A stretch of DNA of 64,000 nt from Amphiscolops sp. MND2022 (Eukaryota), in contig OZ076418.1 of the NCBI GenBank assembly GCA_964187785.1, forward strand, positions 13,392,001 through 13,456,000, written 5' to 3'. Both the position numbers and the translations under genes were made by a program. Each line of letters opens with the position of its first letter. Within the stretch, counting starts at the first letter, position 1. The notes below the pieces were generated by a model. That model had not been told where the DNA came from. It saw only the letters and a list, made by a program, of their open reading frames with translations, and did not search any database. Positions 36,394 to 48,805 of the stretch are shown piece after piece.

Positions 36394-37390
36394 ATGATTC
36401 GGCGAAAAACCCCGCGCCCAACCCCCCCCCCAAAATTGGGGTTGGACCTGAAGTCAAGAAGACGGCAGGAAATTACTTGCCTCCCAAACTTTGTGAAACT
36501 CAGTTGCTACAAACCTTGTTTGTCACAATTGCTAAAAAACTTCTCATTCAACGTTTCTACAAGGAAATGTCTCTACAATTTTCTTTGGAGGAACACGATA
36601 GACCTCTAGTTAGCCTTTCGTACCAGTCATCTGATGAAGAAAAGGAAGTGGACTCAGTGTCCATTGCAGACGGACCTGACGGTCAAGATTCAGACGACGA
36701 CATACAAGTTCTTGCTTGTTATCGTGAAAATATACCCTTCCCTCCACAACTCACCGCGGGTCGGGCAATGACTACAGAATTAGCTCATTGCTTGAAAAAC
36801 CTGAACATACCAGATGACGATTTAATTGGATCAGTGAGCACTTTTACAGACCCGTCACAAGACTTGCTCGATTGGTGTGTTGGGGGCCCCCAAGAACCTC
36901 TTATGGCTCAAATGCGGATGACCACCCAATAACGTATTGTGGCCAGCTAAACCCAATACGGGACTCCCCATGGTCACCTCCGCTAGAAGACCAAGGACCC
37001 TCAGTTGACACCTACCAGCCTACGCAACCTCACGGTTTGGCAGACTCATGGTATGGCAACCCACACATCACGGGCCTAGGAATTAGCGTCGGGGGAAGCT
37101 GTGGCCAACCGAATGAGACGACCCAAACTGGTTGCGTGATCTGTGGGAAATCATCTGCGGACATTAAAGAAGAAATAACATTGGGGTACCTTGAACAGAC
37201 ACACATTCCCGGAGAAACTTATGAGCAGCGAATTGCTAGACGTGATGCATTCCAGGCAGGTATGAAAGCAGGGACGTTCATACTTGTACCGGGGGGAGTG
37301 TCGCAAGCTGCCGCTTAAGACGGCATCCTATACCAAATGATGCCAGAAGGTAATGACACGCCACCAGCCCCCGGGGTACTACCTATCTAG
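36394..37390 (+). pseudogene. Accessory sense ORF, copy 3 (two frameshifts, one nonsense)
   Basis: ORF pieces 36385-36609, 36477-36932 and 36872-37318 are homologous to 5140-6135. Confidence 0.65.
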
Positions 37391-38006
37391 AACAAACTCT
37401 GAAACGAACTTTAGCATTTATTCTGATAGTTTAATATTTGTTTCATGCATGTAATGACCGAATTACTAACGCTAAACATGCAATTTCGATGTTACTATTT
37501 AGACCAAAGGTCAAACTGACAGCATTTAATCTGTGCATTTATTCAATTGCTATTATTGATTTGTTACTATTTAGAATTTCCCATTGATGAAATTACTTGC
37601 AATTAATCTGAACCTAAAGTACATCACTTAGTTAACGACGCAATACTTAGCAAAGTAACTCAAGTGCTGTTAAACGGTGTTTAAAGAGTTCCTTAAGACA
37701 CTTTTCTTAGCTAATTAACTAGTACTCTACTGCAGTCAAATTGACGTGTAGTCACAAGTACCTGTTGACCAATCAGAGTGAAGTACCAGTCTATCATTGC
37801 AGTCATGCTGACGCATGGTCAGATTTAGAATTTCATTGAGTATTGATGTTACCAATGCATGAAAGGTTGATTTTAACCTGAATTTGAATACATGTAAAGA
37901 TACCCACTGTTTGTTTGATGCTATTTATATCTCTTCATTTGTGTGACGTAATGTCAAAACCCTCAGTCTATTTTTAGAACTAGTGACCTAATAATGAAAT
38001 CGGGGC

Positions 38007-38142
38007 TGTATTTAGAATGATATCACCCTAAATTTAGTTCCTGACACGCACAATATTGCGTGTCATGCAGTGTAATTTATATATACGCGGAATTTGTAAT
38101 AAGAAGACACATTCATTCATTGATTGAAAACGCTACGATACA
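38007..38142 (+). repeat. Candidate shared LTR, copy 3 (TGTAT...ATACA)
   Basis: Only copy with canonical TG...CA ends. Confidence 0.45.
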
Positions 38143-38203
38143 AAACTGTCTGATTTGTTACTGTTGATTAATTCACTGTTGGAATCAAATCCATTTCTTG
38201 AAA

Positions 38204-39846
38204 ATGCCTTCAACTAGAAAGCAGAAAGCAAGAGAGAAACGTTCTAGACAGTCTGACGTAATGTCAGATATTGAAAATTTAGATGTGATGCTTGGAAATT
38301 ACTCAAACAGCGAAATTAGAGACCAAAACACGGTAGGTCAAATAGAAATTGACCCTGAGTCAAATAGACGGCAACAAGGTTTCGGGCAAGAAGAAAGCAA
38401 CTATAGATCTCTTTTGAATACAAATTTGAGTGAGAATAGTGAAATTACAGTAGAAACTAGTAGAGCAATTAGTTCAGAAATTTCTTCACAGATGTCGAGG
38501 AAATTGGAAGAAATGCAATCTGATCTAAATTCCCATATTATGGAGGTAATAAACTCCGCTATCGATGAAAAAATACTACCGAGCATCGAAAATGTCATAG
38601 TAAATCATAGGGAGCCTAAGAACGCGAAATTGGACCTTCGGTCAGATGGACGGCATCCGAGTAGAAATGTCCCTATGGACCAGACTTTGGACCTTGGGTC
38701 ATATGGACGGCATAAAAAAAATTCAGCCAACAGGCCCAGGACTCAAGGGAGAATTTTCCTAGACTAAACACAATAGCAAATAACCTTTCAAGTCATCAAA
38801 TGGAATGTTTGGAAGATTCTGAACAAAGTGAAATTGATGAAGGTTATGACATGGTGACAGGAGCCAACCTTACTCCACATGTAGTCCCTGAATTTCTGAC
38901 CGGACGTCCCACGCAGTCCAGAAACAAAATTCCCCATCAACAATGCGTCAACGATGACACATTAGATACCACTCTCCCGGCACAGATTCCCTCAAACCCT
39001 ATCAATGACCGGGAAATGCAGCCCCAAACACCATTAGACCCCATAAACAGACTTGCCGATGTCATTATGGGAAAGAACAACGAATCATCAGCACAAACAC
39101 TGATGGTACGACCAGTCAATACTGCCACACTTACATTTGACGGCAAATCTGAAAAATTTGAACTGTTTGAAGACCTTTTTCACACGGTGATAAAGATGCA
39201 ACCCGAGATGACGGAAGCAATGAAAATTAATCACTTTCATTCACTGTTACGCAAAAATGCCCTGCAAACCTTCCGCAACATCAGTTCGGCAAATAGACAA
39301 ACCTTAGAAGACGTACTAGCTGTGTTCCGTAGGAAATATGTCAAACCTGAATCCCAGGCAACTGCCAAACATAAATGGCACAAATTGGTATTTGACCCAA
39401 ACACAATGAAATTGCCCGATTTTCTCGAGGAACTCAATCAGGGCGCCGAAAAAGCCTTTGGCGAGCACGCACAAGCCATGATTGACAGTCTGCTATACGC
39501 AAAACTCCCACCGAAACTCAAACGTTCAGTCAACATGGCGCGATTAGAGAATGCCACCTATGAAGAAATTGTCACTCATCTCGAACGAGAACTGGAGTTG
39601 AATGGACTTGAGGAAGGCGACGACATTCCCGTTCCCACAATGTCAACAGCCCCGACAGCCACACGACCGGGTCAAGGACTCCTTTCATCAGGCATTGACC
39701 CAGGAATAACTTGCAACTACTGCAAAAAACCTGGACATGTCAAAGACGATTGCCGAAAACTAAAACGAAAGGAAGAGCAAAAACGCAACGAAGGCTCGAG
39801 TACCAAAAAAGAGTACCCAAAGTGCCCGACTTGTGACAAAACCAAT
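38204..39846 (+). pseudogene. gag: gag, copy 3, frameshifted and truncated within the second zinc knuckle
   Basis: 1-nt deletion near 38716. Homology stops after GACAAAACCAAT at 39846. Confidence 0.9.
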
Positions 39847-40883
39847 GTTTGGATGAAAAGACAACTGTAGCAGAAGAGTGAATTGACTGTTCAGTTCGAG
39901 ATACAAATCTTTTGCGTATAAAAGTGAATTGGTGAAGATATACATGTAGAATTTACATTCAAGTCACCTATATCTAGTTTAGACATTTTACAGTCTGGTG
40001 AATAGGTGAAAGAAAAAGTTAAATAATTTCATCACAAGAAAAAGATGGTTATATTAATGAACACTACATACTTACAACCGAAACTCAAACTTCAGATAAT
40101 ACTAATCACGAAATTACGAAAGACGTCCAACGCGTCGCGAGGAGCTAACTTCTATCGTGACTTTTTCAGAGAAAAAGATGAAAATTGTTCTCTAAATAAT
40201 GATGTTCAAACGACGCATAGCAAAAATTTAAACTGGACAAAACTGAAACGCAAAAATGGGTTGTTTATCAACCACACTGTCGCTCTAGCATACAGATACT
40301 CTAGTATTAGTGACACGCAAAAACACACCAGGAACATATCCAGAACCAAATACAGTACTGTAATTAAGAAATCGTCCCCTATGACGTTGTCAACCAATCA
40401 AAATTGTTTATTCGGTCTCACTTTCAATTCTGATTTGCGCATCAAGTGAAATTCACGTAAATTTAGGAAAATTTACCTTTTGAGCCTGATAATTCGGAAA
40501 CGGTTGATCTATTTTGAAATCAGAATACATTAAATAATTCAGTACATTTGTGGGAGTTAATTGAGCATAAAACTTGCCAAAACAAGAGTGGATAAAGCGG
40601 TCAAAAATCCAAAAAACGGCAAAAAGTCCCAAATTTGCTCAAAATCAGCTATTTGTAACTTCCTCAATTTTTATCCCCGAAAAATTTAAAAAACACTATT
40701 GTAAACTAGAAGAAATTCTAAGAAACTTTTATCTCTGATGTTTTTCGAAAATCTCGACCGATTTCGAGAAAATCGAGCCTGAAATTGCCCGGGGGACGTT
40801 TTCTTAATCACAGTACTGTATATATCCTCATTGGGTCGTGTAAAAGTTTTCAGTTCGTCCCAAAACAGGCCATTTCTTAATCA

Positions 40884-41165
40884 CCCAGTGTTCGAAGCCA
40901 TGGCATCCTTGCCAAGATCCATGGCAAGTTCCTTGGTATCCTTGCCAAGATCTTGCCATGATCTTGCCATGATCTTGGCAAGGATGCCATGGCCATGCAA
41001 GATCGTGCAAAGGCTAACCATGATCTTGGCAAGGATGCCATGATTAACCATGTTCTTGACAAGGATGCCATGGTTACCCATGTTCTTAACAAGGGCTCCT
41101 TGGTAGCAAATCCGTTTTTTTTTGGTAACTCTCAGTGTTCGAAAACATGATATCCTTGCAAAATC
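40884..41165 (+). repeat. Quasi-palindromic minisatellite/MITE-like repeat built of ~11-12-nt CCATGATCTTG units
   Basis: Starts cccagtgttcgaagccatggcatccttgcca. An inverted copy ends at 42205. Confidence 0.7.
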
Positions 41166-41346
41166 CATGTTCCCGCTCGCCGCTTTAGACGTTTTTCCCT
41201 TTTAGCTTTTTGATCTTATTCGTTAGAGGTTATTGCACTGAACCTTTAGCTACTCATCTAGAAAACTCGCTCAGATCAGAAACGTTTTAGTAAACTGTCA
41301 ATTAGAAGACAAGTTAGACATTTTTCAGCTATTTCGAGGCTATTAT

Positions 41347-41691
41347 ATCAAAAATCAAATACAAAGTACAGCAAATCTAACATCCAAAACGACAAAAAAA
41401 CCACTAAATAAAAACCACTCAATACTTTCACATATTTAGACACTAGTATAATGTCAAATGAAAAACAAAAAGCATCATTGATTGAACAGCCATTCAACAT
41501 GAAAACCATTGACCTTATTCACATAATTTGAGACTAATATATCATCAAAAATCAAATACAAAGTACAGCAAATCTAACATCCAAAACGACAAAAAAACCA
41601 CTAAATAAAAACCACTAAATACTTTCACATATTTAGACACTAGTATAATGTCAGATGAAAAACAAAAAGCATCATTGATTGAACAGCCATT
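41347..41691. repeat. Direct duplication (2 x ~148 bp, period 197)
   Basis: 41347-41494 is nearly identical to 41544-41691. Confidence 0.9.
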
Positions 41692-42009
41692 AGAAAGATA
41701 TTATCACTTGTTCGCTATAAAAAATATTCATTTTAAAGCTGTTCATTATAGACGAGTTCTACTGTAATGCACTATAAAAATGCTAAGAAGTTCGAAGAAA
41801 AGAAAGCTTCGATTCATCTTTGCCCATTTTTCTCGGGTGTCTCTCAAAAAAATGACAAAATGCATAAAAGGCGTAAGGTGATTGAGCTTGTTAGATCTTT
41901 AGATCTTATTCCGTTAGATCTCAGGCGTTAGATCTTATTCCGTCCTCCCAGACAGGCCTTCCAACTATAGGGACACGGTCAATAACTGAAAATGGTTTAA
42001 TCGAATTTT

Positions 42010-42205
42010 CGACATGGCATCCTTGGTAAGAACCATGACAAACCATGGTTATCTTGTCAAGATCTTGCCATGATCTTGCTATGATCTTGGCAAGCGTTCC
42101 TTGTATCATGATTAGCCATGATCTTGACAAGGTTACCATGGTTAACCATGATTTAGCAAGATTACCCATGATCATGGCAAGGATGCCATGGCTTCGAACA
42201 CTGGG
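42010..42205 (-). repeat. Inverted copy of the CCATGATCTTG-unit repeat
   Basis: The last 31 bp are the exact reverse complement of 40884-40914. Confidence 0.75.
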
Positions 42206-43588
42206 CATTATCCAGAAAAATCTTTATTGGTCTTTAAAGTTTCGAAACTCAATTCGCTTTTCTCGTTCTATGGAAACCAAGTCTTTTCTGAATTTGATTC
42301 AGAAAACCAAAAAGACTTACTTCTGTAAATTTTTGACGAGTAGAATTTGATGAATCATTTTTATCCAACAAGTACAATTAAATTTATTTCTAGCCTTCGG
42401 AATATCGACGAAAAGCATAAATTGAAGAAACATCAGATAGGCCGCCAACAAAGAAATTTTTTGTCGTTGGTTCATTATCAAAAGTGAAATACTTCAGAGT
42501 TTTCAAGATATTTTGGTACAAAAGTTTTCTGAAATTTAGAAGCCATTTTTACTTCAATGTCATTGTAAAATGATATACAAGAGTTGAATGGAAAAGTTTT
42601 TTCAACCATTAGATTAAACTACACTTCATTTCTTTTCAAGAGTGTTTATTCTGTTTTTATTGCATCTGTTGTCTGAAGTACAGAAAACTATATATGGAAA
42701 ACATATGAAGTACACTTTGGAAAAGTTGCTTTTTGTTATAAAATTTTTTTTCTATAAATCTTTATAATAGAGTTTTCCAAATTGCAAACTTGTAGGATCT
42801 TGAAAAGTTGAATTTTCAAACAAAATTTTGACTTTCAACAAAGCTAAATTTCCAGTGAATACAAAGAAAAGCATCAAAAATGTTGTTGAAAAGTTTGAAG
42901 GAGAAAATTTTCTTAAACAGCAAGTATCAGTGCACTTAATTTGGCTCGTGGGCTTCTCAAGATACCAGATGTCTGCTAAAACGAGACACTTTTGACATTT
43001 TTCGCCTTTGAAATTGTACTTTCTTCGAGGATTGAAAGGAAATCAAATTGCTAGAAAAATTTCAGACGAAAATTCATTCGAACATCAAAAAAGCAAAACT
43101 AAAAACATATGTTTCCTACAAGTTTTACTATTTAAGACTCTTCCTTGTTATTTGCCAAAATTATTTAGGCTGAATAATTTCAGCGTCAGTTGATGCCAAA
43201 AAAGAACTTCTTTCTCCCGATTTGTGTGAAAAATGCGTCTTTCTAAACTTTTTTGTATCTCCGTTTTGCTGCTTTGTTTGTCCCAACTATCATGGACAGA
43301 CGTGAATGTAAATGCCCTGAACGTAGCTCACAAACGCTGCAAGTGGATATTTCACATGGAAGATAAAATCGAAGGAAGTGAGTTTTTCAGATATTTCCAT
43401 TCAGATAATTTATGAACATTTATTACTTAATATTTTAATGATAAAATCAAAGGTAGTAAGTTTTTTAAATATTTTCATTTGATAATTTTAATCATTGAAT
43501 ACTTAATGTTCCAATATTAAAAATTAAAGGAATTACGTTTTTTAAGATTTTTCGCGTTTTGCGTTTAGATAATTACCATTTTTATTTA

Positions 43589-43708
43589 TTATTTTCCGCC
43601 CATATTTCATATGGGAAAGGAAAATATTTAAATCAAACGGGTTTTTTTTTATTTTCCGCCCATATTTCATATGGGAAAGGAAAATATTTAAATCAAACGG
43701 GTTTTTTT
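43589..43708. repeat. Tandem duplication (2 x 60 bp) containing the hairpin CCCATAT-ttc-ATATGGG
   Basis: Exact 60-bp period. Confidence 0.9.
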
Positions 43709-43835
43709 TACAAAATTTGCCAAGAATTTATTTATATTTAAATTTAAGGGTGTTACCCATAGAATTCAACTCACATAAATTTAGCTTCGTGCGATATGTA
43801 TTTGTAGAGATTTTTGGAGTTTTTTTTAAATGACG

Positions 43836-43915
43836 AAAATGACCCCTTAATAACAAAATGACCCCTTAATGACAAAATGACCCCTTAATGACAAAATGAC
43901 CCCGAAAATGACAAA
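43836..43915. repeat. 19-bp minisatellite (aaaatgaccccttaatgac), about 4 copies
   Basis: Direct reading. Confidence 0.85.
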
Positions 43916-45449
43916 AATCCCCAAATTTCGCATTTTTAAACGTTTTTATGCAATTTTTGTCATTTTTTTGAGAGACATCGCGAATTAGAAAAATGGACAA
44001 AGATGAATCGAAGCTTTCTTTTCTTCGAACTTCTCAGCGTTTTTATAGTGCATTAGTTATTCTTGAGCCTCAAATTTATGTAGTTGTAGAACAGTTCGGG
44101 GCGGAAAATATCCCGCTCCTCAGCGGGCGTCTTGTTCATAATTTAGATGATAATTTTCCACAATTGCGAAATTGGTATAGCAATGTGAACGACATATCTC
44201 AGAAATAGATATTTTTGGCACAGTTTCGGAAGCGCTTTCCGGCTCATTTTCTGGAAAACAAGCGTTTCCGGCATTGTGACAGAAAACGGCATTAATTCGT
44301 TGAAAATTATTTGAAATTTGATGGGCAAAAATGAAGTTTCGACTTGGGTTCTTCACTTTTAACTTTATTTTTAAAAAATTGGTTTCATCTCTCATAGCCA
44401 GTTATTATGTCAGACATTAGAAACAATATTTTACAGGAACCTCTATTATATCAAAACGTTGTTCATTAGTTAAAATACTTTCATTCAAGTACTATCAAAA
44501 ATGAAAAGGCTTTGAGCGATTGAATCAAGCAGCTGTTTCTTTTATTTTCCGCCCCTACAAATTTATTTGTGTATGGAGGAGCAAATCATAAACTATGTTG
44601 CGTTTTTTTCTTCCAAATTCTGCCAAATCTCCACTTTTTACTCGTTTTATTCGACTTTTTATCGTTATATTGCGTTTTACTAAGGAGGAGGCGGAGGTTG
44701 GACAATGCGCTCACATTTGTCCCAGCACGCTATATCCGACTTTTGACGTTAAATCTGAAGGAAATTGCGTTTTACCAAGGAGGAGTTAAAGTTTCGATTA
44801 AGTGTCTATTGTTAGCAAATTTAAGGTGGAAAACACCCCGGAGCATAGCGGGCGTCTTGTCAAATGACGTTTTGTTTTTAGAATGCTACCAACGTTACAA
44901 AAGCTTCACTGTTGACAAATACTGTAGTGGCAAATACTTCCAAACCAATGATTCACTAGTAGACTCAAAATGACCTATTCCAAAAGTGGCTATAAAATCA
45001 TACTACATATTTCAAACAATTCCAAATCCAATATCTAAATTCATCTATAAAATTCATAAAACATTCAATATACAACGACAAAGGCCACAGAAACTGCGCG
45101 ATCTTCAACTCCTAAATAATCATTTGGGTTCTGTCGGAGCGCTTCTGTTATCCAAATTCCCATCCGTTCCCTTTAACTATGAAACACCAGAAACGGTGAA
45201 ATCAATGGTTATTCATCCTACAGACCATTCGGAAGTTTCAACCAGCAGGGAACGCCCGCACAATGTTTACAGAACGCAAATTGTCTTAAATATGCAACCA
45301 CGCTTTTGTGAGAATGTTATCAAATTTGCAGTTCTAGAAAACACCCAAAGGGACACCCCATGAGATTAAAAAACGCTTCGTTCTAACTGCAAACTTTAAA
45401 ATTTAGATTTTTATTTACTTTATGTGAGTTTTTTGTCGGAAAAAAATGG

Positions 45450-46084
45450 TGCCGAAAAGGGAGCTTCAAGCTCGCCATAAGCTGTTTTTAGGCCAGAAAC
45501 ATTTATATCAGTGAGAGGGGTACCATTTGACCAGATAAAATGTTCAGAAAAAAAGTTGCACAGTGTCGATAAAAACCGTAGATCTCCAAAGTTATTGAGA
45601 AAACTCTCATCAGTCTCACTGGACCAGAAATGATCAACGAGAATATCTTCAGGACTCGAGAAAAGAGTTTTCCTCAAAAAGCAGAAAATGTATCAAAAAG
45701 TATTTGGAACTTTTTAATCCTTTCGAAGTTTTTTGAGAAACGCTTTCAGAAAGCTCACAAAATGCTCCTAAAAAGCAAAATGCGGGCCACGCAGGTTGAA
45801 AAAACTTCCTGGAAAAATCGAATTGCACAGAAAAAAAGCAAGAGGTGGACCCCTTGGTGACCCCTCCAATTTTGCAAGTATTAAAAAGTTCTGTCTAGTG
45901 CAAGGCTCGAACACACAAACTCTTGCTTATTGGACCTCAGAAACTCCGAGTTAACCTCTATGCCGAGTGGCAGTTAGAAGATACAAAATACTATGAGCTT
46001 ATAGAAATTTTAAAATCTGTCAGTTCGTCGGTTCCAAAAAATGTCACTACTAAAGTCTGCCTTTTCCACGAAAGCTTCGACTAA
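45450..46084 (-). mobile_element. HINE/Helentron-like non-autonomous repeat, copy with tRNA-like segment
   Basis: The reverse complement matches the 49700-50229 copy (ctgtcagttcg, gtcactacta, cgactaa end). Left boundary approximate. Confidence 0.55.
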
Positions 46085-46469
46085 ATATAATACGCGAGCT
46101 AAAAAACAAGAAACAATCATGGACCGATGGTATAGCAGTGAAAAATTATTGTGCTGCTAACAGTAATAAATTCCTTTATAGCAGACTCCATCAATAAAGC
46201 TGTTAAAGAACATGTTGGGGATTTGCTATAGAATTCGACATTAATACAACAAGTTGCACGCTAATGTTTTAAAAATAGTTTCACAAAATCTGTTATTTGT
46301 TATGGACTTTTGCTATACTAGGAAGAACGAGCAAGTAATTGGTGTCTTCAACAAGGTCTAAGCTAAACAAGCCGAGAACAGCATCATTCGGCACCATATC
46401 AAACGCTCAAAAATAGCAAAAAGCCTTCAAGGTGTCCAGTATTCTCTTTTGCAGGACCCAAAACCCAAA

Positions 46470-46780
46470 ACTTGGACCGAATAGGCACGGCGGTTGCACT
46501 TTTTTCAGCTAGGTTCCTTGGGCCAAATGGTCTAATTTGACAATTTTAGGTCTCACAACGCCCTAAAAAACTGAAAGGGGGGACCTTTTAGTCTCTCCCG
46601 GATTTGCATATTACCCGGAAAAAGAGGAAAAACCTTTTTGGTTCAGTTCGCTAGACCAAATGATTCAATTTAGGACCATAAAATTTCGTAGAACTTTTAA
46701 GAACTATTGTGGTCAGTTCGTGTGGATTGAAAAAAGAGTCACTAGTATAGTCTCGTTTCACTTCATGAAGAACCGACTAA
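46470..46780 (-). mobile_element. HINE-like repeat, degenerate copy
   Basis: ccgactaa end and family core gggggacctttagtctc... Confidence 0.45.
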
Positions 46781-47440
46781 AAACTTCCTGCACAAGGACG
46801 ATAGTGAAGAAAAAATGTGTTGCCAATGTTTTAAAAATGCCATAGCAGTTCAAACTACTTTAACCTTTTAGCTGAATTCCTGGCAGCAATAAGTAAAACT
46901 CAATGACAAAAACTACCTCGGGCAGTCATTTCATTGAATGTTTCTGAAAACGAGCAATTAGTATTCTTATTTTTCTATGAAGTTTTTCATTTGATTTTTC
47001 AATTGTTTGTTTACCTTTCTTCTGACTGAAATTGGTTCTCAAGAGTGGGAACTCGAAAAGTTTTTAGACTCTTTTCCCATTTCACTTTTATAATAATTCA
47101 TTTTCCTTGTAGTAACGAGAATCTTGTACTATCATACAAGATTGCATATATCATACAATGATTCAACTCCAACTATAATATCTTATCTGAGTGGATTCAT
47201 ATGATAATAGTGGAATTGTAGTGGCAACTGGAAAAAAGTGCCGACTAGAAAAAGATGACGGAAATAGAAAGTTTTTTTAATCAAGTTAGCTTATCGACAT
47301 GGTATCGAGCGAGAACCCTAGGAGCAATAGGTTTTTCAAACGTGATTTTAGAATTGTTCCGATGGAAAAGCGAAAAAAACGTATCTGAAGGAAATATTTC
47401 TGTTAGTACTTGACTGCGAAACTTATTGCCATCACTTTTT

Positions 47441-47986
47441 TAGTCGGAGCATTTTAGTAGAAAATGTTCCCGACTCTTACAGTGGGTAGTTTTTTTTAGA
47501 CGCGTAAGGTCCATTTTTTTTGTTCATTTGTTCAACAACGTCAAACCTCAACAACTTCAAACCTCAACAACTCCAACCTAAGAAGCGCGTCCAAAACGAA
47601 AAGAAAAAACAAAACAGAGGTCCAGAACATCAAAAACACACTAAGAATCCCCACATAGCCCCACTTTTTTTCGGCACTATGAGATTTTTTGAAACTTTTT
47701 GGATTGTACCAAAAGGTCCCCCCTTGATTTTTTTCGATATTTTGCAACACACAGGATGTCAAAAAATCGCAAAGGGTCCCCCCTTTTACATTTTTCGGCA
47801 CTGTGACACTGTTCAAAAATCTCATTTAAAAAAGTTTTCGAGAAATTTTTTCATGTCCCCAATGGCTCCCCTTCAATTTTTTTTCTATTTTTGCAACCAG
47901 CTGGAGTTTCACAAAGCCCGAAGGGTCCCCCCTTTTCAATTTTGAGCCTTAGATATTGCGCCGACTTTGACCGTTCTCGGCTTGTT
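47441..47986 (+). mobile_element. HINE-like repeat with internal (caacaac..aaacct) microsatellite
   Basis: 5' tagtcggagc, 3' gcgccgact followed by a small hairpin and ttgtt. Confidence 0.6.
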
Positions 47987-48423
47987 CTTGAATATCCTGA
48001 CTAAAATGGTCAAAAATTTGGCTCCTCTAACAGCTTAATCATACAATGAGCTCAATGACAACTTTTTCAGGGGAAAATTCCTAAAAACTGAAGATAACAA
48101 CCCTTTGATAACAAAAATGCTTCTAGTTCGTTCCAAATTATACAGTGATCTATCTTCCACATGGACTTCCGTATTTTTTAGTAAGAATGGAAACAGTTTG
48201 AAAAATTTCTGAAAAATACTTTTAAAAAGTTTCATGAGCATTTCCAAGAGTGGATAACGAGAAAAAGAATTTTCTTAATTGGATGCTTATACATGATATC
48301 CTGGGACAAAATGTACAAATTCCAAAAAAGACAGGAAAACAGCTCTTCATCTTGTCTTGTTCCTGCCCTAGGAAAAAGGAATCTTGACAATTTAGTTGAT
48401 CGTTTTGTTCCCACTGCTTTTAG

Positions 48424-48805
48424 AACAAGACGGGAACGTCCCAAGTCGGCGCCATATCTTAGGCTCAAAAATATTCAAGGAACAACTATTGTAAAAATTT
48501 GGAAAAAAAATTTTTCAAAAAAATTATTTTTGAAATTTTTTTCGAAAAAAAAGTATTTTTTAAGTCGCAAAATGCCGAAAAAAATCCAAAGGGGGGACCC
48601 TTTGGGCACGTCCGGTTGTGTATGTTTCCTTGAAAAAGTAAAAACTGAAAGGGTTGGAGTAAAGTTTGCCTTCTGCGCAGAATTGCAGAATTGTAAGAAA
48701 AGTGGACCACTCAGAGTGAGATTGTCAACTGAAAAAAAACAAAAAAAAAAAACTACTCACTGTAAGAGTCGGGCTTTTTTCCTTAAGGGAAAAGGCGCCG
48801 ACTAA
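48424..48805 (-). mobile_element. HINE-like repeat, complete short copy
   Basis: On the minus strand it runs ttagtcggcgcc...ggcgccgact-tgg-gacg-ttcc-cgtc-ttgtt. Confidence 0.65.

Larger units (their letters stand above)
1..39846 (+). mobile_element. Head-to-tail tandem array of a ~14.6-kb Ty3/Gypsy LTR retrotransposon (>=4 units: partial, full, full, 5'-only)
   Basis: Base 1 recurs at 16555 and 31181. Homologous ORFs recur at offsets of 16554-16618 and 14626-14637. Each unit has gag-pol in PR-RT-RH-INT order. Confidence 0.95.

Noticed and set aside
40828-42350. Met-rich ORFs in both orientations
   Set aside because: Produced by the CCATG-rich palindromic minisatellite.
43993-45363. Several 60-134-aa ORFs as host genes
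   Set aside because: No recognisable motifs, AT-rich composition and no consistent splice pattern.
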